A stretch of DNA of 64,000 nucleotides, from positions 1,024,001-1,088,000 of the forward strand of contig CAWDSK010000005.1 in the NCBI GenBank assembly GCA_963804995.1. Reading direction: 5' to 3'. Origin of the DNA: an uncultured Acidobacteriota bacterium. GTDB taxonomy: Bacteria; Acidobacteriota; Terriglobia; UBA7540. Position 1 is the stretch's first letter. Every line of letters starts with the position of its first letter. This document shows positions 29,508-39,435 of the stretch, piece after piece. The position numbers were made by a program, and so were the translations under genes. The notes beneath the pieces were generated by a model. It searched no databases and was not told where the DNA came from. It worked only from the letters and a program-made list of their open reading frames with translations.

Positions 29508-31522
29508 CCGAACTTTCGCACTTCAGGGTGTTGAGTTGGGTTAACTCGCTTCTTTTCAGTACAGGCATTGCCAAGGTCTGGCCTACAAACGCAGCATTCC
29601 AGCAGGAAAGATTTCCGGCTGGACCGTGATCCTGGGCGGTGGCTGAGTGGGGAGCACGAGCTGCAGTTCGTGCAACAGGAGCTTTTGTTCGGGTGTCGGC
29701 TCGGTGTAGCGGGGCATCACTAATCGGCGCCCATCCGTGGTCGGGAAAGACACATCGAGCATCTGCATGCCCGCCAGCTTCTCCAGCACCGCTTTCGGCG
29801 TCAGGCCCGGAGCGTGGGCCTGCAGACGCTGTTTCAGCGTCACCCACAAGCCGTACGCCAGAAAGGCAATGAGGATGTGGGCCTCGACGCGATGTTCTAT
29901 TTGATGATAAATCGGCCGAATTCCCAGCTCACTCTTCAAACACTTAAAGGCCGCTTCGATCTGCGCCAGTTGCATGTAGCGGTCCCACAACACCTCGGGA
30001 TTTTCCCCCGTCAGATTGGTGCGCAACAGATAATGTCCATCGCGCCGCTCCGCTTCCTCCAACTTGCTGCGCTCGAGCCGGAACTGGAAGGTCTGGCGAG
30101 TCACTTCTTCCTGGGCCTTGGGCACGCTGATCTTCACGAAACCGAAGGCCCGTCCGGCTTCACTCTTGGCTGCTCCGATCTTCATCAGCAACGCATCACG
30201 CGTCGGACACACGCGCCGCAAGGCCCGCAGCCTCCACAACAGCCGTGCCAGCTTGCGTCGACGGATGGCCATCTCTTTCGCCTGGCGGCCTGCGCTCTTC
30301 GCCAGCACATACAACTCGCCTTCCTCCGCGAACAGTTTCACCTCTACCGACTCGCGCACCTTCCGCCACGGCAGTTCCGTCCACTTCGCTTCGTACTGCC
30401 GGATCTTGCCCCGTGGCGTCCCCACCAGGTAAAACATCTCCCGCCCCGGGGTGCGCATCTCCGCCAGCAGTTCTTCACTGGGAACTCCCCGATCCATCAT
30501 CCACACCCGCCGTGCCTTGCCGTACACGCTCTCGATCTTGTCCAGAAAACCGCGCAAGCTGTTCCGGTCGGAAGTATTCCCCTCCATCACTTCGTAGGCC
30601 AGCGGGAAACCTTCCGGCGTCAGCACCAGGGCGATCACCACCTGCCGACAGTCGAACCGCCCGTCCCGGCTGTAACCGTGGCGGGCTTTGGGAATCGCTT
30701 CCGCCTCTCCTTCCACATAGGTGCTGGTGAGATCGTAGAGGAGCAGATCAAAGCGCGCCGCAAAGAGGTCTTGCCACCGCAGCCGCAGGTGCTGGAACAA
30801 CTCCGCCTTGTGCGCCAGTATTCGATCCAGACAACGATAGAGCCGGTCCTTCTCGGCCACCGCGAAGTTCACTGCCAGCAACTCGGCCATGGCGGTCTGA
30901 TCGAACCAGTGCCGATGCACACGGAATTCGCTGCCCGGCTCGATCAACCGGTTCACCACCAGCAGCCGTAGCACCTTCTCCCACGGAACTCCCTCGCGCC
31001 CTTCCGGCAACCTCGCCTGCCAGAACTCGTCCAGCTTCAACTGGCGCCACAGCTCGCAGCCCAACCAACAGCCACCGAAGGTGCGCGGCCGCTCAACGCG
31101 CATTTCACTCAACTTCACTTGTACGCCGTCCACAGCATCCGCAGGAAGTTCGCGGTCCTCCGGGAAGAGGCTCAGGGACGCGAGGACGCGACGGTCCTCG
31201 TCAAAAACCTCCAGCGTCTTGCGCCACGCGGATTGTTGGCTGTCGTTGATTTCGCCCAGATACAGCACCGTCCGATGCACGACCTTCGAGCGCGACACGC
31301 GCCGACTCTCGACGATGCTGAAATAACGATGTTCCTTGCCGTCCTTTTTGCGTCGATGAATCTTCAGGTGCACGCCCCAGAATGCCAGACCTTCGCGCCC
31401 CAGAAAAGAGGGTAGGTCGGGCCTACAAGCACTCTTCAACCCGCGCCCATTGAAGGCAAAGACCTTGTGCACCGCAAGCTGCCAAAATCAGCCCGGTAGC
31501 GGGTGGAAGTGCGAAAGGCAGG
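29508..31522 (-). mobile_element. IS1634-like insertion sequence, copy 1 (2015 bp)
   Basis: Ends CCGAACTTTCGCACTTC / GAAGTGCGAAAGGCAGG (imperfect TIR); TTAG on both sides; near-identical to 46441-48456. Confidence 0.92.
29583..31373 (-). CDS. DDE transposase, IS1634-like family
   Basis: LYDLTSTYVEG, GYSRDGR, MDRG, IEAAFKCLKSEL..RPIYH; GTG start chosen. Confidence 0.9.
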   Translation of the reverse strand: MHLKIHRRKKDGKEHRYFSIVESRRVSRSKVVHRTVLYLGEINDSQQSAWRKTLEVFDEDRRVLASLSLFPEDRELPADAVDGVQVKLSEMRVERPRTFGGCWLGCELWRQLKLDEFWQARLPEGREGVPWEKVLRLLVVNRLIEPGSEFRVHRHWFDQTAMAELLAVNFAVAEKDRLYRCLDRILAHKAELFQHLRLRWQDLFAARFDLLLYDLTSTYVEGEAEAIPKARHGYSRDGRFDCRQVVIALVLTPEGFPLAYEVMEGNTSDRNSLRGFLDKIESVYGKARRVWMMDRGVPSEELLAEMRTPGREMFYLVGTPRGKIRQYEAKWTELPWRKVRESVEVKLFAEEGELYVLAKSAGRQAKEMAIRRRKLARLLWRLRALRRVCPTRDALLMKIGAAKSEAGRAFGFVKISVPKAQEEVTRQTFQFRLERSKLEEAERRDGHYLLRTNLTGENPEVLWDRYMQLAQIEAAFKCLKSELGIRPIYHQIEHRVEAHILIAFLAYGLWVTLKQRLQAHAPGLTPKAVLEKLAGMQMLDVSFPTTDGRRLVMPRYTEPTPEQKLLLHELQLVLPTQPPPRITVQPEIFPAGMLRL

Positions 31523-31609
31523 TTAGGAAGAGGTTGGCAGGCATAGGGAACCGAGTGAGTGCTTCCCCTTGAATTCTGATGGCCGCTGCCCACCCGTTGG
31601 CGGCAAGCT

Positions 31610-31702
31610 TTCACGAACTTCGTGAATTCGCGAAGAGATTGCGCGTAGCGGTTGGGCGAAGCCTCCTCTTTTCATGGCTTACCGGTTGGTCCCCGGATTG
31701 CA
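31610..31702 (+). promoter_or_regulatory. Sigma-54 promoter module 2
   Basis: TTCACGAA-C-TTCGTGAA-TTCGCGAA at 31610-31634; TGGTCC-ccgga-TTGCA at 31687-31702. Confidence 0.8.
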
Positions 31703-31758
31703 GTGATGAAGCTGAACTGCGGATGGGAGCAGGGGATAAAACCAAAAGGAGCGAAGCC

Positions 31759-32469
31759 ATGGACAGAATGCTGGTGGTCATCTTTGATTCGGAAACCAAA
31801 GCGTACGAAGGAAGGAAGGCGCTGCATCAGTTGGAAAGCGAGGGGAGTATTGCGATTTACGCCTATGCGGTGATTGGCAAGAATGCCGATGGCACCGTGG
31901 TCGTGAGGCAACTTGATGATCCGGGACCGCTCGGTACGCTGCTGGGAGCTTCACTGGGGAGTTTCATCGGTCTCCTCGGCGGGCCGGTGGGCGTTGCCGT
32001 GGGCGCAATGGCAGGGTCAGCGGTCGGCGGCACGTTAGACCTGGAGAACTCCCGGGTGGGGGTCGATTTCGTTGATGATGTAAAGCAACAACTGCAACCG
32101 AACAAGTTCTCAGTCGTGGCGGAGATTCAAGAGGATTGGACGACCCCCGTCGACAGCCGCATGGAAGCGATCGGCGGGACCGTTTCCCGGCGCGCGCTGT
32201 CCGAAGTAAAACACCAGGTCGATGATGCGGACGTCGCCGCCATGAAAGCCGATCTCGCCCAATTAAAGGCCGAACGCGCCAAGGCGCACGCCGACCGGAA
32301 AGCAAAGCTCCAGGAGAAAATCCACCAGCTCAACTCCAAGATCCAAGCGTGGTTGGAAAAGGCCAAGGAGCGACGCCAGGCGGCGGAGGCCCAGGCGAAA
32401 GCCAAGGTCGAAGTCCTTAAGGCCAAGGCAGCCGCCTTGAAGACCAAGGCGATGGAGACACATAAGTAG
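31759..32469 (+). CDS. DUF1269-like glycine-zipper protein with C-terminal coiled coil, paralog 1
   Basis: MDRMLVV start after AAGGAG; GxxxG hydrophobic hairpin (GLLGGPVG); K/A/Q-rich tail. Confidence 0.85.
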   Translation: MDRMLVVIFDSETKAYEGRKALHQLESEGSIAIYAYAVIGKNADGTVVVRQLDDPGPLGTLLGASLGSFIGLLGGPVGVAVGAMAGSAVGGTLDLENSRVGVDFVDDVKQQLQPNKFSVVAEIQEDWTTPVDSRMEAIGGTVSRRALSEVKHQVDDADVAAMKADLAQLKAERAKAHADRKAKLQEKIHQLNSKIQAWLEKAKERRQAAEAQAKAKVEVLKAKAAALKTKAMETHK

Positions 32470-32588
32470 CACCTGAGGCACTATCGATCGCGTGCTCCAA
32501 CCGGCGTGATTGAAGGGGGATGGCAAATCAGTTGGTAGTGTCCTCTGATGATTCGTTGATACCCTTGACCATCACCCCACATTATTTT

Positions 32589-32682
32589 TTAGCGAACTTT
32601 GTGAATTCGCGAAGGTATTCCGACTCTGCGATGCGCTAATCCCTCCGCTTTGAGGGGCTTGCCATTTGGCGTTTGCATTGCA
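32589..32682 (+). promoter_or_regulatory. Sigma-54 promoter module 3
   Basis: TTAGCGAA-C-TTTGTGAA-TTCGCGAA at 32589-32613; TGGCGT-ttgca-TTGCA at 32667-32682. Confidence 0.82.
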
Positions 32683-32738
32683 TTGAGGAAGCCGAAGGAC
32701 TGTTATGAAGAGTGGAGAAAATGTAAAGGAGCAAGGCC

Positions 32739-33452
32739 ATGGACAGAATGCTGGTGGTTGTCTTTGACTCGGAACCCAAAGCATCCGAAGGAAAGAAGGC
32801 GCTGCAGCAATTGGAAAACGAGGGCAGCATTGTGGTCTACTCCGACGCCGTGGTGTGCAGGCATGCAGATGGCACCACAACGGTGGGGCAAAGGGAAGAC
32901 CCTGGATACCCAGGGATTTTGGTCGGAACCTCGTTGGGAGCCCTCATCGGTCTTCTGGGTGGGCCGCCCGGCTTCGTGATTGGCGCTCTTGCGGGTTTGG
33001 CTGCCGGCGGCACGGTGGACCTGAACAACGCCAGGATCGGGGAGGACTTCATTGAGGACGTGAGACAGCAACTCCTGCCGAACCGGTTTGCACTCGTCGC
33101 GGAGATTCAAGAGGATTGGACAGCCCCCGTCGATAGCCGCATGGAAGCTATCGGCGGAACGGTATTCCGGCGGGCGCTGTCAGCAGTGAAGCACACGGTC
33201 AACGAAGAAGAGATCGCCGCCATTAAAGCCGACCTCGCGCAATTGAAGGCAGAGCATGCCATGGCTCACGCTGAACGGAAGGCCAAGCTCCATGAAAAGA
33301 TCAACCAGCTCGAGTCCAAGATACAGGCGCAGCTCGAAAAATCCAAGCAGCGGCGCCAGGCATCGGACGCCCAGGCCAAAGCCAAGGTTGAGGTCATTAA
33401 GGCCAGGGCCGCCGCGTTGAAAGCCAAGGCGACAGGGACCCCCACCAGTTAG
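32739..33452 (+). CDS. DUF1269-like protein, paralog 2
   Basis: Colinear with paralog 1; AAGGAG RBS. Confidence 0.85.
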   Translation: MDRMLVVVFDSEPKASEGKKALQQLENEGSIVVYSDAVVCRHADGTTTVGQREDPGYPGILVGTSLGALIGLLGGPPGFVIGALAGLAAGGTVDLNNARIGEDFIEDVRQQLLPNRFALVAEIQEDWTAPVDSRMEAIGGTVFRRALSAVKHTVNEEEIAAIKADLAQLKAEHAMAHAERKAKLHEKINQLESKIQAQLEKSKQRRQASDAQAKAKVEVIKARAAALKAKATGTPTS

Positions 33453-33507
33453 CACCCCTCCAGGACTTGCAGCTCAAGCTTTCTCCGCTCAGAAGCCCAG
33501 CTGGGTT

Positions 33508-33601
33508 TTCACGAACTTCGCGAATTCGCGAAAGTATTCCGACTCTGCGATGCGCTAATCCCTCTGTTTTGAGGGGCTTGCCATTTGGCGCTTGCATTGC
33601 A
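33508..33601 (+). promoter_or_regulatory. Sigma-54 promoter module 4
   Basis: TTCACGAA-C-TTCGCGAA-TTCGCGAA at 33508-33532; TGGCGC-ttgca-TTGCA at 33586-33601. Confidence 0.85.
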
Positions 33602-33657
33602 TTGAGGAAGCCGAACGACTGTTATGAAGAGTGGAGAAAATGAAAAGGAGCAATACC

Positions 33658-34371
33658 ATGGACAGAATGCTTGTGGTGGTCTTTGATACGGAAAACAAAG
33701 CCTATGAAGGATGGAAAACGCTTCATCAATTGGAAAGCGAGGGAAGCATCGTAGTCTATGCCTACGCCGTAGTTGCCAAGAATGCAGACGGCACCACAAC
33801 GGTAAAGCAAGGTCAAGATACGGGAGTGGTCGGGACTCTGGTGGGAACCTCACTGGGAGCCCTCATCGGTCTTCTCGGCGGGCCTGCGGGCGTCGTGATT
33901 GGCGCTGGTGTGGGGTTAGTTGCCGGCGGCACGGTGGACATTGACAGAACCAGGGTTGCGCAGGACTTTCTTGAGGATGTGAAAAAGGAACTGCTGCCGA
34001 ACAAGTTCGCAGTGGTCGCGGAGATTAAAGAAGACGAGACCCAGCCGGTGGACACTCGCATGGAAGCGATCGGTGGAACGGTATTTCGCCGGGCGCTGAG
34101 CGAAGTGAAGCACGTGGTGAACGACGAGGAGGTTGCCGCCATGAAAGCCGACCTCGCGCAATTGAAGGCAGAGCACGCCAAGGTACGTGCCGACCGGAAA
34201 GCCAAGCTGCATAAGAAGATCAACCAGCTTGAATCCAAGATCCAGGCTCGGCTGGAGAAGAACAAGCAGCAACGCCAGGCAGCGGAGGCACAGGAAAAGG
34301 CAAAGGTGGAGGTCCTTAAGGCCAAGGCTGCGGCTTTGAAGGCCAAGGCGGCAGGGACCCACACTTCTTAG
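33658..34371 (+). CDS. DUF1269-like protein, paralog 3
   Basis: Colinear with paralog 1; AAGGAG RBS. Confidence 0.85.
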   Translation: MDRMLVVVFDTENKAYEGWKTLHQLESEGSIVVYAYAVVAKNADGTTTVKQGQDTGVVGTLVGTSLGALIGLLGGPAGVVIGAGVGLVAGGTVDIDRTRVAQDFLEDVKKELLPNKFAVVAEIKEDETQPVDTRMEAIGGTVFRRALSEVKHVVNDEEVAAMKADLAQLKAEHAKVRADRKAKLHKKINQLESKIQARLEKNKQQRQAAEAQEKAKVEVLKAKAAALKAKAAGTHTS

Positions 34372-34446
34372 CGCCCCATGTGCTATGGAACTTAGGATTC
34401 AACCGGGGTGGGCAGACTCGCTCCGCTCAAAAATCCAACTTGGGTT

Positions 34447-34540
34447 TTCACGAACTTCGCGAATTCGCGAAAATATTCCGAATCTGTGATGCGCTAATCG
34501 ACCTGTTCTAAAGGGCTTACTAATTGGCTCTTGCATTGCA
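34447..34540 (+). promoter_or_regulatory. Sigma-54 promoter module 5
   Basis: TTCACGAA-C-TTCGCGAA-TTCGCGAA at 34447-34471; TGGCTC-ttgca-TTGCA at 34525-34540. Confidence 0.85.
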
Positions 34541-34596
34541 ATGATGAAACCGAAGGCCTGCTACGACGAGAGGACAAAATGAAAAGGAGCAAAGCC

Positions 34597-35307
34597 ATGG
34601 ATAGAATGCTGGTGGTTACTTTCGATACGGAACCGAAAGCTTACGAAGGAAAGAAAGCGCTTATGCAATTGGAAGGCGAAGGCAGCATCGTAGTTTACGC
34701 CTACGCCGTGGTCGGCAGGAATGCCGATGGCACGACAACCGTAAGGCAAAGTGATGACCCGGGACCGCTCGGGACTCTAGTGGGAACGTCGGTGGGAGCC
34801 CTCATCGGTCTCCTCGGCGGGCCGGTCGGTTTGGCGGTTGGCACTGTTACCGGGATGTTTGCCGGCAGCACGGTGGACATCAACAACGCCAGGATTGGTG
34901 AAGACTTCATTGATGACGTGAAACAGCAACTCCAACCAAACAAGTTCGCCGTGGTGGCGGAGATCCAAGAAGACTGGACGACTCCGGTGGACACTCGCAT
35001 GGAAGCGATCGGGGGAACGGTCATCCGGCGTGCCCTGTCAGAAGTGAAGCAAACGGTTGACAACGAAGACGTCGCCGCCATGAAAGCCGACCTGGCGCAA
35101 ATGAAGGCTGAGCAAGCCAAGGCTCACGCCGACCGGAAAATCAAGCTCCTGGAAAAGATCAACCAGCTTGAGTCCAAGATCCAGGCGCAGCTCGAAAAAT
35201 CCAAGCAGCAGCGCCAGGCTGCGGAGGCCCAGGCGAAGGCCAAAGTCGAGGTCCTTAAGGCCAAGGCCGCGGCGTTGAAGGCCAAGGCGATGGAGACGCA
35301 CAACTAG
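34597..35307 (+). CDS. DUF1269-like protein, paralog 4
   Basis: Colinear with paralog 1; AAGGAG RBS. Confidence 0.85.
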   Translation: MDRMLVVTFDTEPKAYEGKKALMQLEGEGSIVVYAYAVVGRNADGTTTVRQSDDPGPLGTLVGTSVGALIGLLGGPVGLAVGTVTGMFAGSTVDINNARIGEDFIDDVKQQLQPNKFAVVAEIQEDWTTPVDTRMEAIGGTVIRRALSEVKQTVDNEDVAAMKADLAQMKAEQAKAHADRKIKLLEKINQLESKIQAQLEKSKQQRQAAEAQAKAKVEVLKAKAAALKAKAMETHN

Positions 35308-35741
35308 CACCCGGTGCGCTGTTGAACCCTGACTTCAACCAGAGTGGTTGCGGGGGTTGGGCTTCCAACAGGTTCAGCCTTCGTGGCCTGAGGATTTCGT
35401 GTCTGCCCAAGGGGGCATGATCGCGAGATACAAAGGCGACGAAGGCAGAACACGGAGCGCCGCTACCTGGGAGGTGGCTTATGGGGCTGAGAGGCGATGA
35501 CCATAACTTTTGTCCGACCATCCCGCCTTTCAGCATCGCGTTAATTCACTCGAGTGGCATTTTCGCGCACATCCATTGGTCTTAAAGAAGTTCAGCGCTG
35601 ATCCCAAGTCCGCGAGGCCGATTTTAGTTTCGAAAAACGCCTCGGAGGTGTTCTTGCACTGAAGGTGGGAAAAGCGCACCTCAGGATCGGGCTGCCAGGA
35701 GCGACAGGCAGATTCGAAAATATTCAGTATGCGAAGGGAGC

Positions 35742-36329
35742 ATGACAATGACGAAACTTTCTGATGTGTTTATGGCGGGGATAGAAGAAATTAGAAAATC
35801 ATGGGGCTGGTTCCTCGTGTTGGGGATCCTGCTGATGATTCTTGGCGTAGTGTGCATCGGCAAAGCGCAGACTGCAACCACTTTTTCAATCCTGGCGTTG
35901 GGCTGGGTTCTTGCGATCAGCGCGGTGTTCTGGCTCATTGGTTCGTTTCAAGCGCTGGGCTGGGGCGGGTTCTTCATATACCTGCTGAACGCGATCATTC
36001 GCGGAGTGACCGGATACCTCCTGATTCGTCACCCGGACGCCGGCGCGGCAGGGGTGACCATGCTGCTCGCGGTACTCTTCATCGTAGGCGGGCTGTTCCG
36101 CACCGCTGGCGCGAGCGTTATCCGATTCCCTTGGTGGGGGTGGACGGCCTTTGCGGGACTCATCTCCATCGGTCTCGGTGTCTACCTGTTGGCCATTTGG
36201 GCTACCGCGAGCACCTTTTTTATTGGTATCGCCATCGGCGTGGACCTGATCTTCGACTCCGCGGCCCTGATAGCCTTTGCCGCCGCGATTCACAGTTTGC
36301 CTTCGGCGCAAAGCTACAAGGCCGCCTGA
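35742..36329 (+). CDS. HdeD/DUF308-family membrane protein
   Basis: WGWFLVLGILLMILG, about 6 TM helices, IGVDLIF. Confidence 0.85.
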   Translation: MTMTKLSDVFMAGIEEIRKSWGWFLVLGILLMILGVVCIGKAQTATTFSILALGWVLAISAVFWLIGSFQALGWGGFFIYLLNAIIRGVTGYLLIRHPDAGAAGVTMLLAVLFIVGGLFRTAGASVIRFPWWGWTAFAGLISIGLGVYLLAIWATASTFFIGIAIGVDLIFDSAALIAFAAAIHSLPSAQSYKAA

Positions 36330-36398
36330 TCGCCCACTGGGCACATGGCGTGTAAGGGGCGGGATAGCGCAGACGGTGAAACGTGGGAGTAGAGGAGT

Positions 36399-37481
36399 AT
36401 GTTTTCGCTCGACAATCGTGCCGGGAATGTAATCACCACGGTGGCGGTCTACATGATCGCGGCGGCGGTCCTCTATATCGGACGTGGGGCGTTCCTCATT
36501 TTGCTGCTGTCCCTGCTCTTTGCGTACTTGCTGGAACCGGCGGTCACGTGGCTGCAGCAGCATTCATGGGTGGGCCGGAAGAACCGCACTGGGGCGATTG
36601 CACAGGTCTATCTGATCGGGATTCTTGTGCTAGGTAGCGTGGGGTACAAGTTAGGTCCGCATGTTGCGGCGCAAATAAAGAACCTGAATGCGGCGGTGCC
36701 CGAGATCTTGCAAGACCTTTCCAGTGGCAGGCCTCCTACGGGTCTGGGAGGCAAGCACGCCTTGAGCGACGCCCAGCAACAACAGATACAAGACTTATTG
36801 GCTCGTAACCGTGATTTCATCGCCCGTGCTTTCGAGCGCGGTGCGGCCTCCATAGGGTACATCGCCGCGAGCGCGATATGGCTTTTCCCCATCCCCATTC
36901 TGGCCGCCTTCATCTTACGGGACGGACGGCAGATGGCGGAGGCAATGCTGGAAGCCGCTGCACCGGGTCAGGAGGAAACACCGTTCAAGAGGATTGTGCG
37001 GCGGGTTGATACGATGCTGGGCAAGTACATTCGCGCCCAACTGGCCCTGGCGGGCCTCTCCTTCGGCTTCTACAGCATCTCCATGCTGGTCCTGGGATTC
37101 CCCTATGCGATTGCGCTGGGCTTGCTGGGAGGCGCTCTGGAATTCCTTCCCGTGGTGGGATGGATCATTTCGGCCCTAGCCTTTCTAACGGTCGGTTTCC
37201 TGACCCACTCCCACTGGATCTGGATGGCAGGATTGGTGGTGGCGTGGAGGCTAGTGCAGGATTATGTGAACTCGCCGCGCATTATGGGTAACAGCTTGGA
37301 GCTACGACCCCTGACCGTGGTGTTTGCGCTCATGGTGGGAGGTCAGGTGGGTGGAATTGCGGGCGTGTACCTTTCGGTGCCTGCCGTCGCCGTGCTCCGA
37401 ATCGTGTGGCTGGAATGTCTCGCGGCCCGGAAGTCCTCGACGGTCGTCGCCGAGCCGTCGCTCATGCAGGTGAAGGCATGA
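36399..37481 (+). CDS. AI-2E family transporter
   Basis: AYLLEPAV, YIRAQL, LEFLPVVG, PRIMG..L.L.P, GGIAGVYLSVP. Confidence 0.9.
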   Translation: MFSLDNRAGNVITTVAVYMIAAAVLYIGRGAFLILLLSLLFAYLLEPAVTWLQQHSWVGRKNRTGAIAQVYLIGILVLGSVGYKLGPHVAAQIKNLNAAVPEILQDLSSGRPPTGLGGKHALSDAQQQQIQDLLARNRDFIARAFERGAASIGYIAASAIWLFPIPILAAFILRDGRQMAEAMLEAAAPGQEETPFKRIVRRVDTMLGKYIRAQLALAGLSFGFYSISMLVLGFPYAIALGLLGGALEFLPVVGWIISALAFLTVGFLTHSHWIWMAGLVVAWRLVQDYVNSPRIMGNSLELRPLTVVFALMVGGQVGGIAGVYLSVPAVAVLRIVWLECLAARKSSTVVAEPSLMQVKA

Positions 37482-37541
37482 ATTGCGGTAAGCGCCGGAG
37501 CGGTCTTGTCTTGGCGGCAGCGCAGCGTTTAAGGAGCTAAG

Positions 37542-37736
37542 GTGATCACCATAACTTTAATCGGGCCCGACAAGGCGCAGTCCATAATCGAGATAAGTAA
37601 GGACACCACCGTGCGCGACGTGGCGACTTCCAAGTACCACTTGTTTTGGCGGACCACTAAAAGAAACGGTATAAGCGTTATTCCATTCACGACGACAGTT
37701 GTGGAAGGCGATACCGTGACCGTGGAAAACGCCTGA
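37542..37736 (+). CDS. Small hypothetical protein, possibly beta-grasp/ubiquitin-like
   Basis: AAGGAG RBS and GTG start; ITITL..IEIS..TTVRDV..EGDTVTV pattern. Confidence 0.5.
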   Translation: MITITLIGPDKAQSIIEISKDTTVRDVATSKYHLFWRTTKRNGISVIPFTTTVVEGDTVTVENA

Positions 37737-37799
37737 TTATGCTTGAATCGAGAACGCGGACACGCTACTTCGCTGGAGTCTCAAGGGATACTTCTTCTG

Positions 37800-37930
37800 G
37801 CATTCACCGAATCGGCCATGCGGCCGTGTTTTATTACGGCGCAGCCTTTGCCGTAGCGGGGATTATCGGATTGCTACTCTTGATTCCAGGGAAACATAAC
37901 AATCAACCTGCCGCTGAAAATCCGAGCTGA
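37800..37930 (+). pseudogene. Possible C-terminal fragment of an MFS transporter
   Basis: GHAAVFYYGAAFAVAGIIGLLLLIP resembles an MFS last helix; no upstream body. Confidence 0.35.
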
Positions 37931-37948
37931 CAATCACTCCCCATTATT

Positions 37949-38041
37949 TTCACGAGCTTCGCGAATTCGCGAAGAGATGACGAGTTTTTGATTCGCCTGT
38001 CGAAGTGTTTTCAAGGGCTTAGGTTTGGCCTTCGTATTGCC
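37949..38041 (+). promoter_or_regulatory. Sigma-54 promoter module 6
   Basis: TTCACGAG-C-TTCGCGAA-TTCGCGAA at 37949-37973; TTTCAAGGGCTTA IHF-like; TGGCCT-tcgta-TTGCC at 38026-38041. Confidence 0.83.
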
Positions 38042-38130
38042 CAACCCTACGGAGAGATCGAGGAGAAGAGTCACCGGGGTGACGAAGACTCACGATCAAA
38101 TCAAAGGGCAAGCAGTCCAAAGGAGGACTT

Positions 38131-38658
38131 ATGGCCGACAAAGCGAACAAAACGGTTTTTGTCTACGTTGCGAGTTACGCGAATCTCGATAACGCGAAGG
38201 CAGACTATGCGGGGGTGAAGCAGCTTTATTTTGACGGCGTCATCGGCGTGTATGATGCCGCAGTTATCAGCAAAGACGCGACTGGTCAGGTGAAGATCAA
38301 CAAGACCGAGATGCCGACGCAGTATGGGGCATGGGGTGGCTTGGCAGTGGGAGCTCTGGTTGGCATCTTCTTCCCGCCGTACCTGGTGTGGGAACTCGCG
38401 GCCGGGGCTGGCGCTGGATCTCTGATTGGGCACTTTTGGGGAGGAATGTCGCGTTCCGATCTGAAGGAGATTGGGGACACCCTTCAGGCGAGCACGGCGG
38501 CCCTGATCGTAATCGGCCGGTCGAGGCTGGAAGAGGCTTTGGCGGGAGCTACCAAGCACGCTGTGAAGCAGTTTGAAAAGGAACTGAGCACCGACGTCGA
38601 CGCCTTTAACAAGGAACTGACGAAGGCCGTCAGCCAATCGCTGAAGGCCACCTCATGA
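38131..38658 (+). CDS. Short DUF1269-like glycine-zipper membrane protein
   Basis: YDAAVISKD..G.VKI, GAWGGLAVGALVG...GAGAGSLIG; AGGAGG RBS. Confidence 0.8.
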   Translation: MADKANKTVFVYVASYANLDNAKADYAGVKQLYFDGVIGVYDAAVISKDATGQVKINKTEMPTQYGAWGGLAVGALVGIFFPPYLVWELAAGAGAGSLIGHFWGGMSRSDLKEIGDTLQASTAALIVIGRSRLEEALAGATKHAVKQFEKELSTDVDAFNKELTKAVSQSLKATS

Positions 38659-38695
38659 AAGACCTGAACTCCAATGAATAAGGCGAAAGACCGTC

Positions 38696-39406
38696 ATGGA
38701 CAGAATGCTGGTAGTGGTTTTTGATGACGAGAGCAAAGCCTACGAAGGAAAGAAGGTGCTTGAGCAACTGGATGGCGACGGCAGCATCTGTGTTTACGGC
38801 CACGCGGTGGTGGTGAAAAATCCAGACGGCACAACAACAGTAAGGCAAAGTGATGACCGGGGCCCCCTCGGGACCCTGGTCGGAACCCTGCTGGGAAGCC
38901 TGATCGGTCTACTAGGCGGGCCGACCGGTTCCGCCGTCGGCGCTGCTGTGGGGTTTGTTGGCGGCGCTGCGGCGGACCTGAACAAGGCCAGGATTGGTGA
39001 CGACTTTATTGTTGATGTGGCCAAGGTTCTGCTGCCAAACCGGGCGGCAGTAGTGGCGGAGATTGAAGAAGACTCGACTACGGCCGTGGACACCCGTATG
39101 GAGGCGATCGGCGGCACTACATTCCGCAGGGCCGTCTCAGGGGTTAAACACACGATCCACGACGAGAACCTTGCCGCCATCAAAGCCGAACTAGCCCAGA
39201 GGACGGCAGAGCTTGCCAAGGCTCATGCGGACCGAAAAGCCAAGCTCCAGGAAAAGATCAACCAGCTTGAATCCAAGCTACAAGCTTGGCTGGAGGAAGA
39301 CCAAGAGCGACGTCAGGCGGCGGAGCACGAAGCCCAGGCAAAAGCCCTGATACTCAAGGCTAAGGCAGCAGTCGCCAAGGCTAGGGCGGCGGAGACACAC
39401 ATTTAG
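38696..39406 (+). CDS. DUF1269-like protein, paralog 5
   Basis: MDRMLVVVFD; colinear with paralogs 1-4. Confidence 0.85.
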   Translation: MDRMLVVVFDDESKAYEGKKVLEQLDGDGSICVYGHAVVVKNPDGTTTVRQSDDRGPLGTLVGTLLGSLIGLLGGPTGSAVGAAVGFVGGAAADLNKARIGDDFIVDVAKVLLPNRAAVVAEIEEDSTTAVDTRMEAIGGTTFRRAVSGVKHTIHDENLAAIKAELAQRTAELAKAHADRKAKLQEKINQLESKLQAWLEEDQERRQAAEHEAQAKALILKAKAAVAKARAAETHI

Positions 39407-39435
39407 TTGTATCGGTTCTACTGAGGAGGCCGCGG

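Noticed and set aside
29814..30971. 385-aa plus-strand ORF (also 46747-47904) and other long antisense ORFs
   Set aside because: Shadow frames of well-supported genes in GC-rich DNA
35643..35658. Ninth sigma-54 promoter before hdeD (GG-N10-GC with TTGCA)
   Set aside because: Poor -24 context and no TTCGCGAA box at the expected distance
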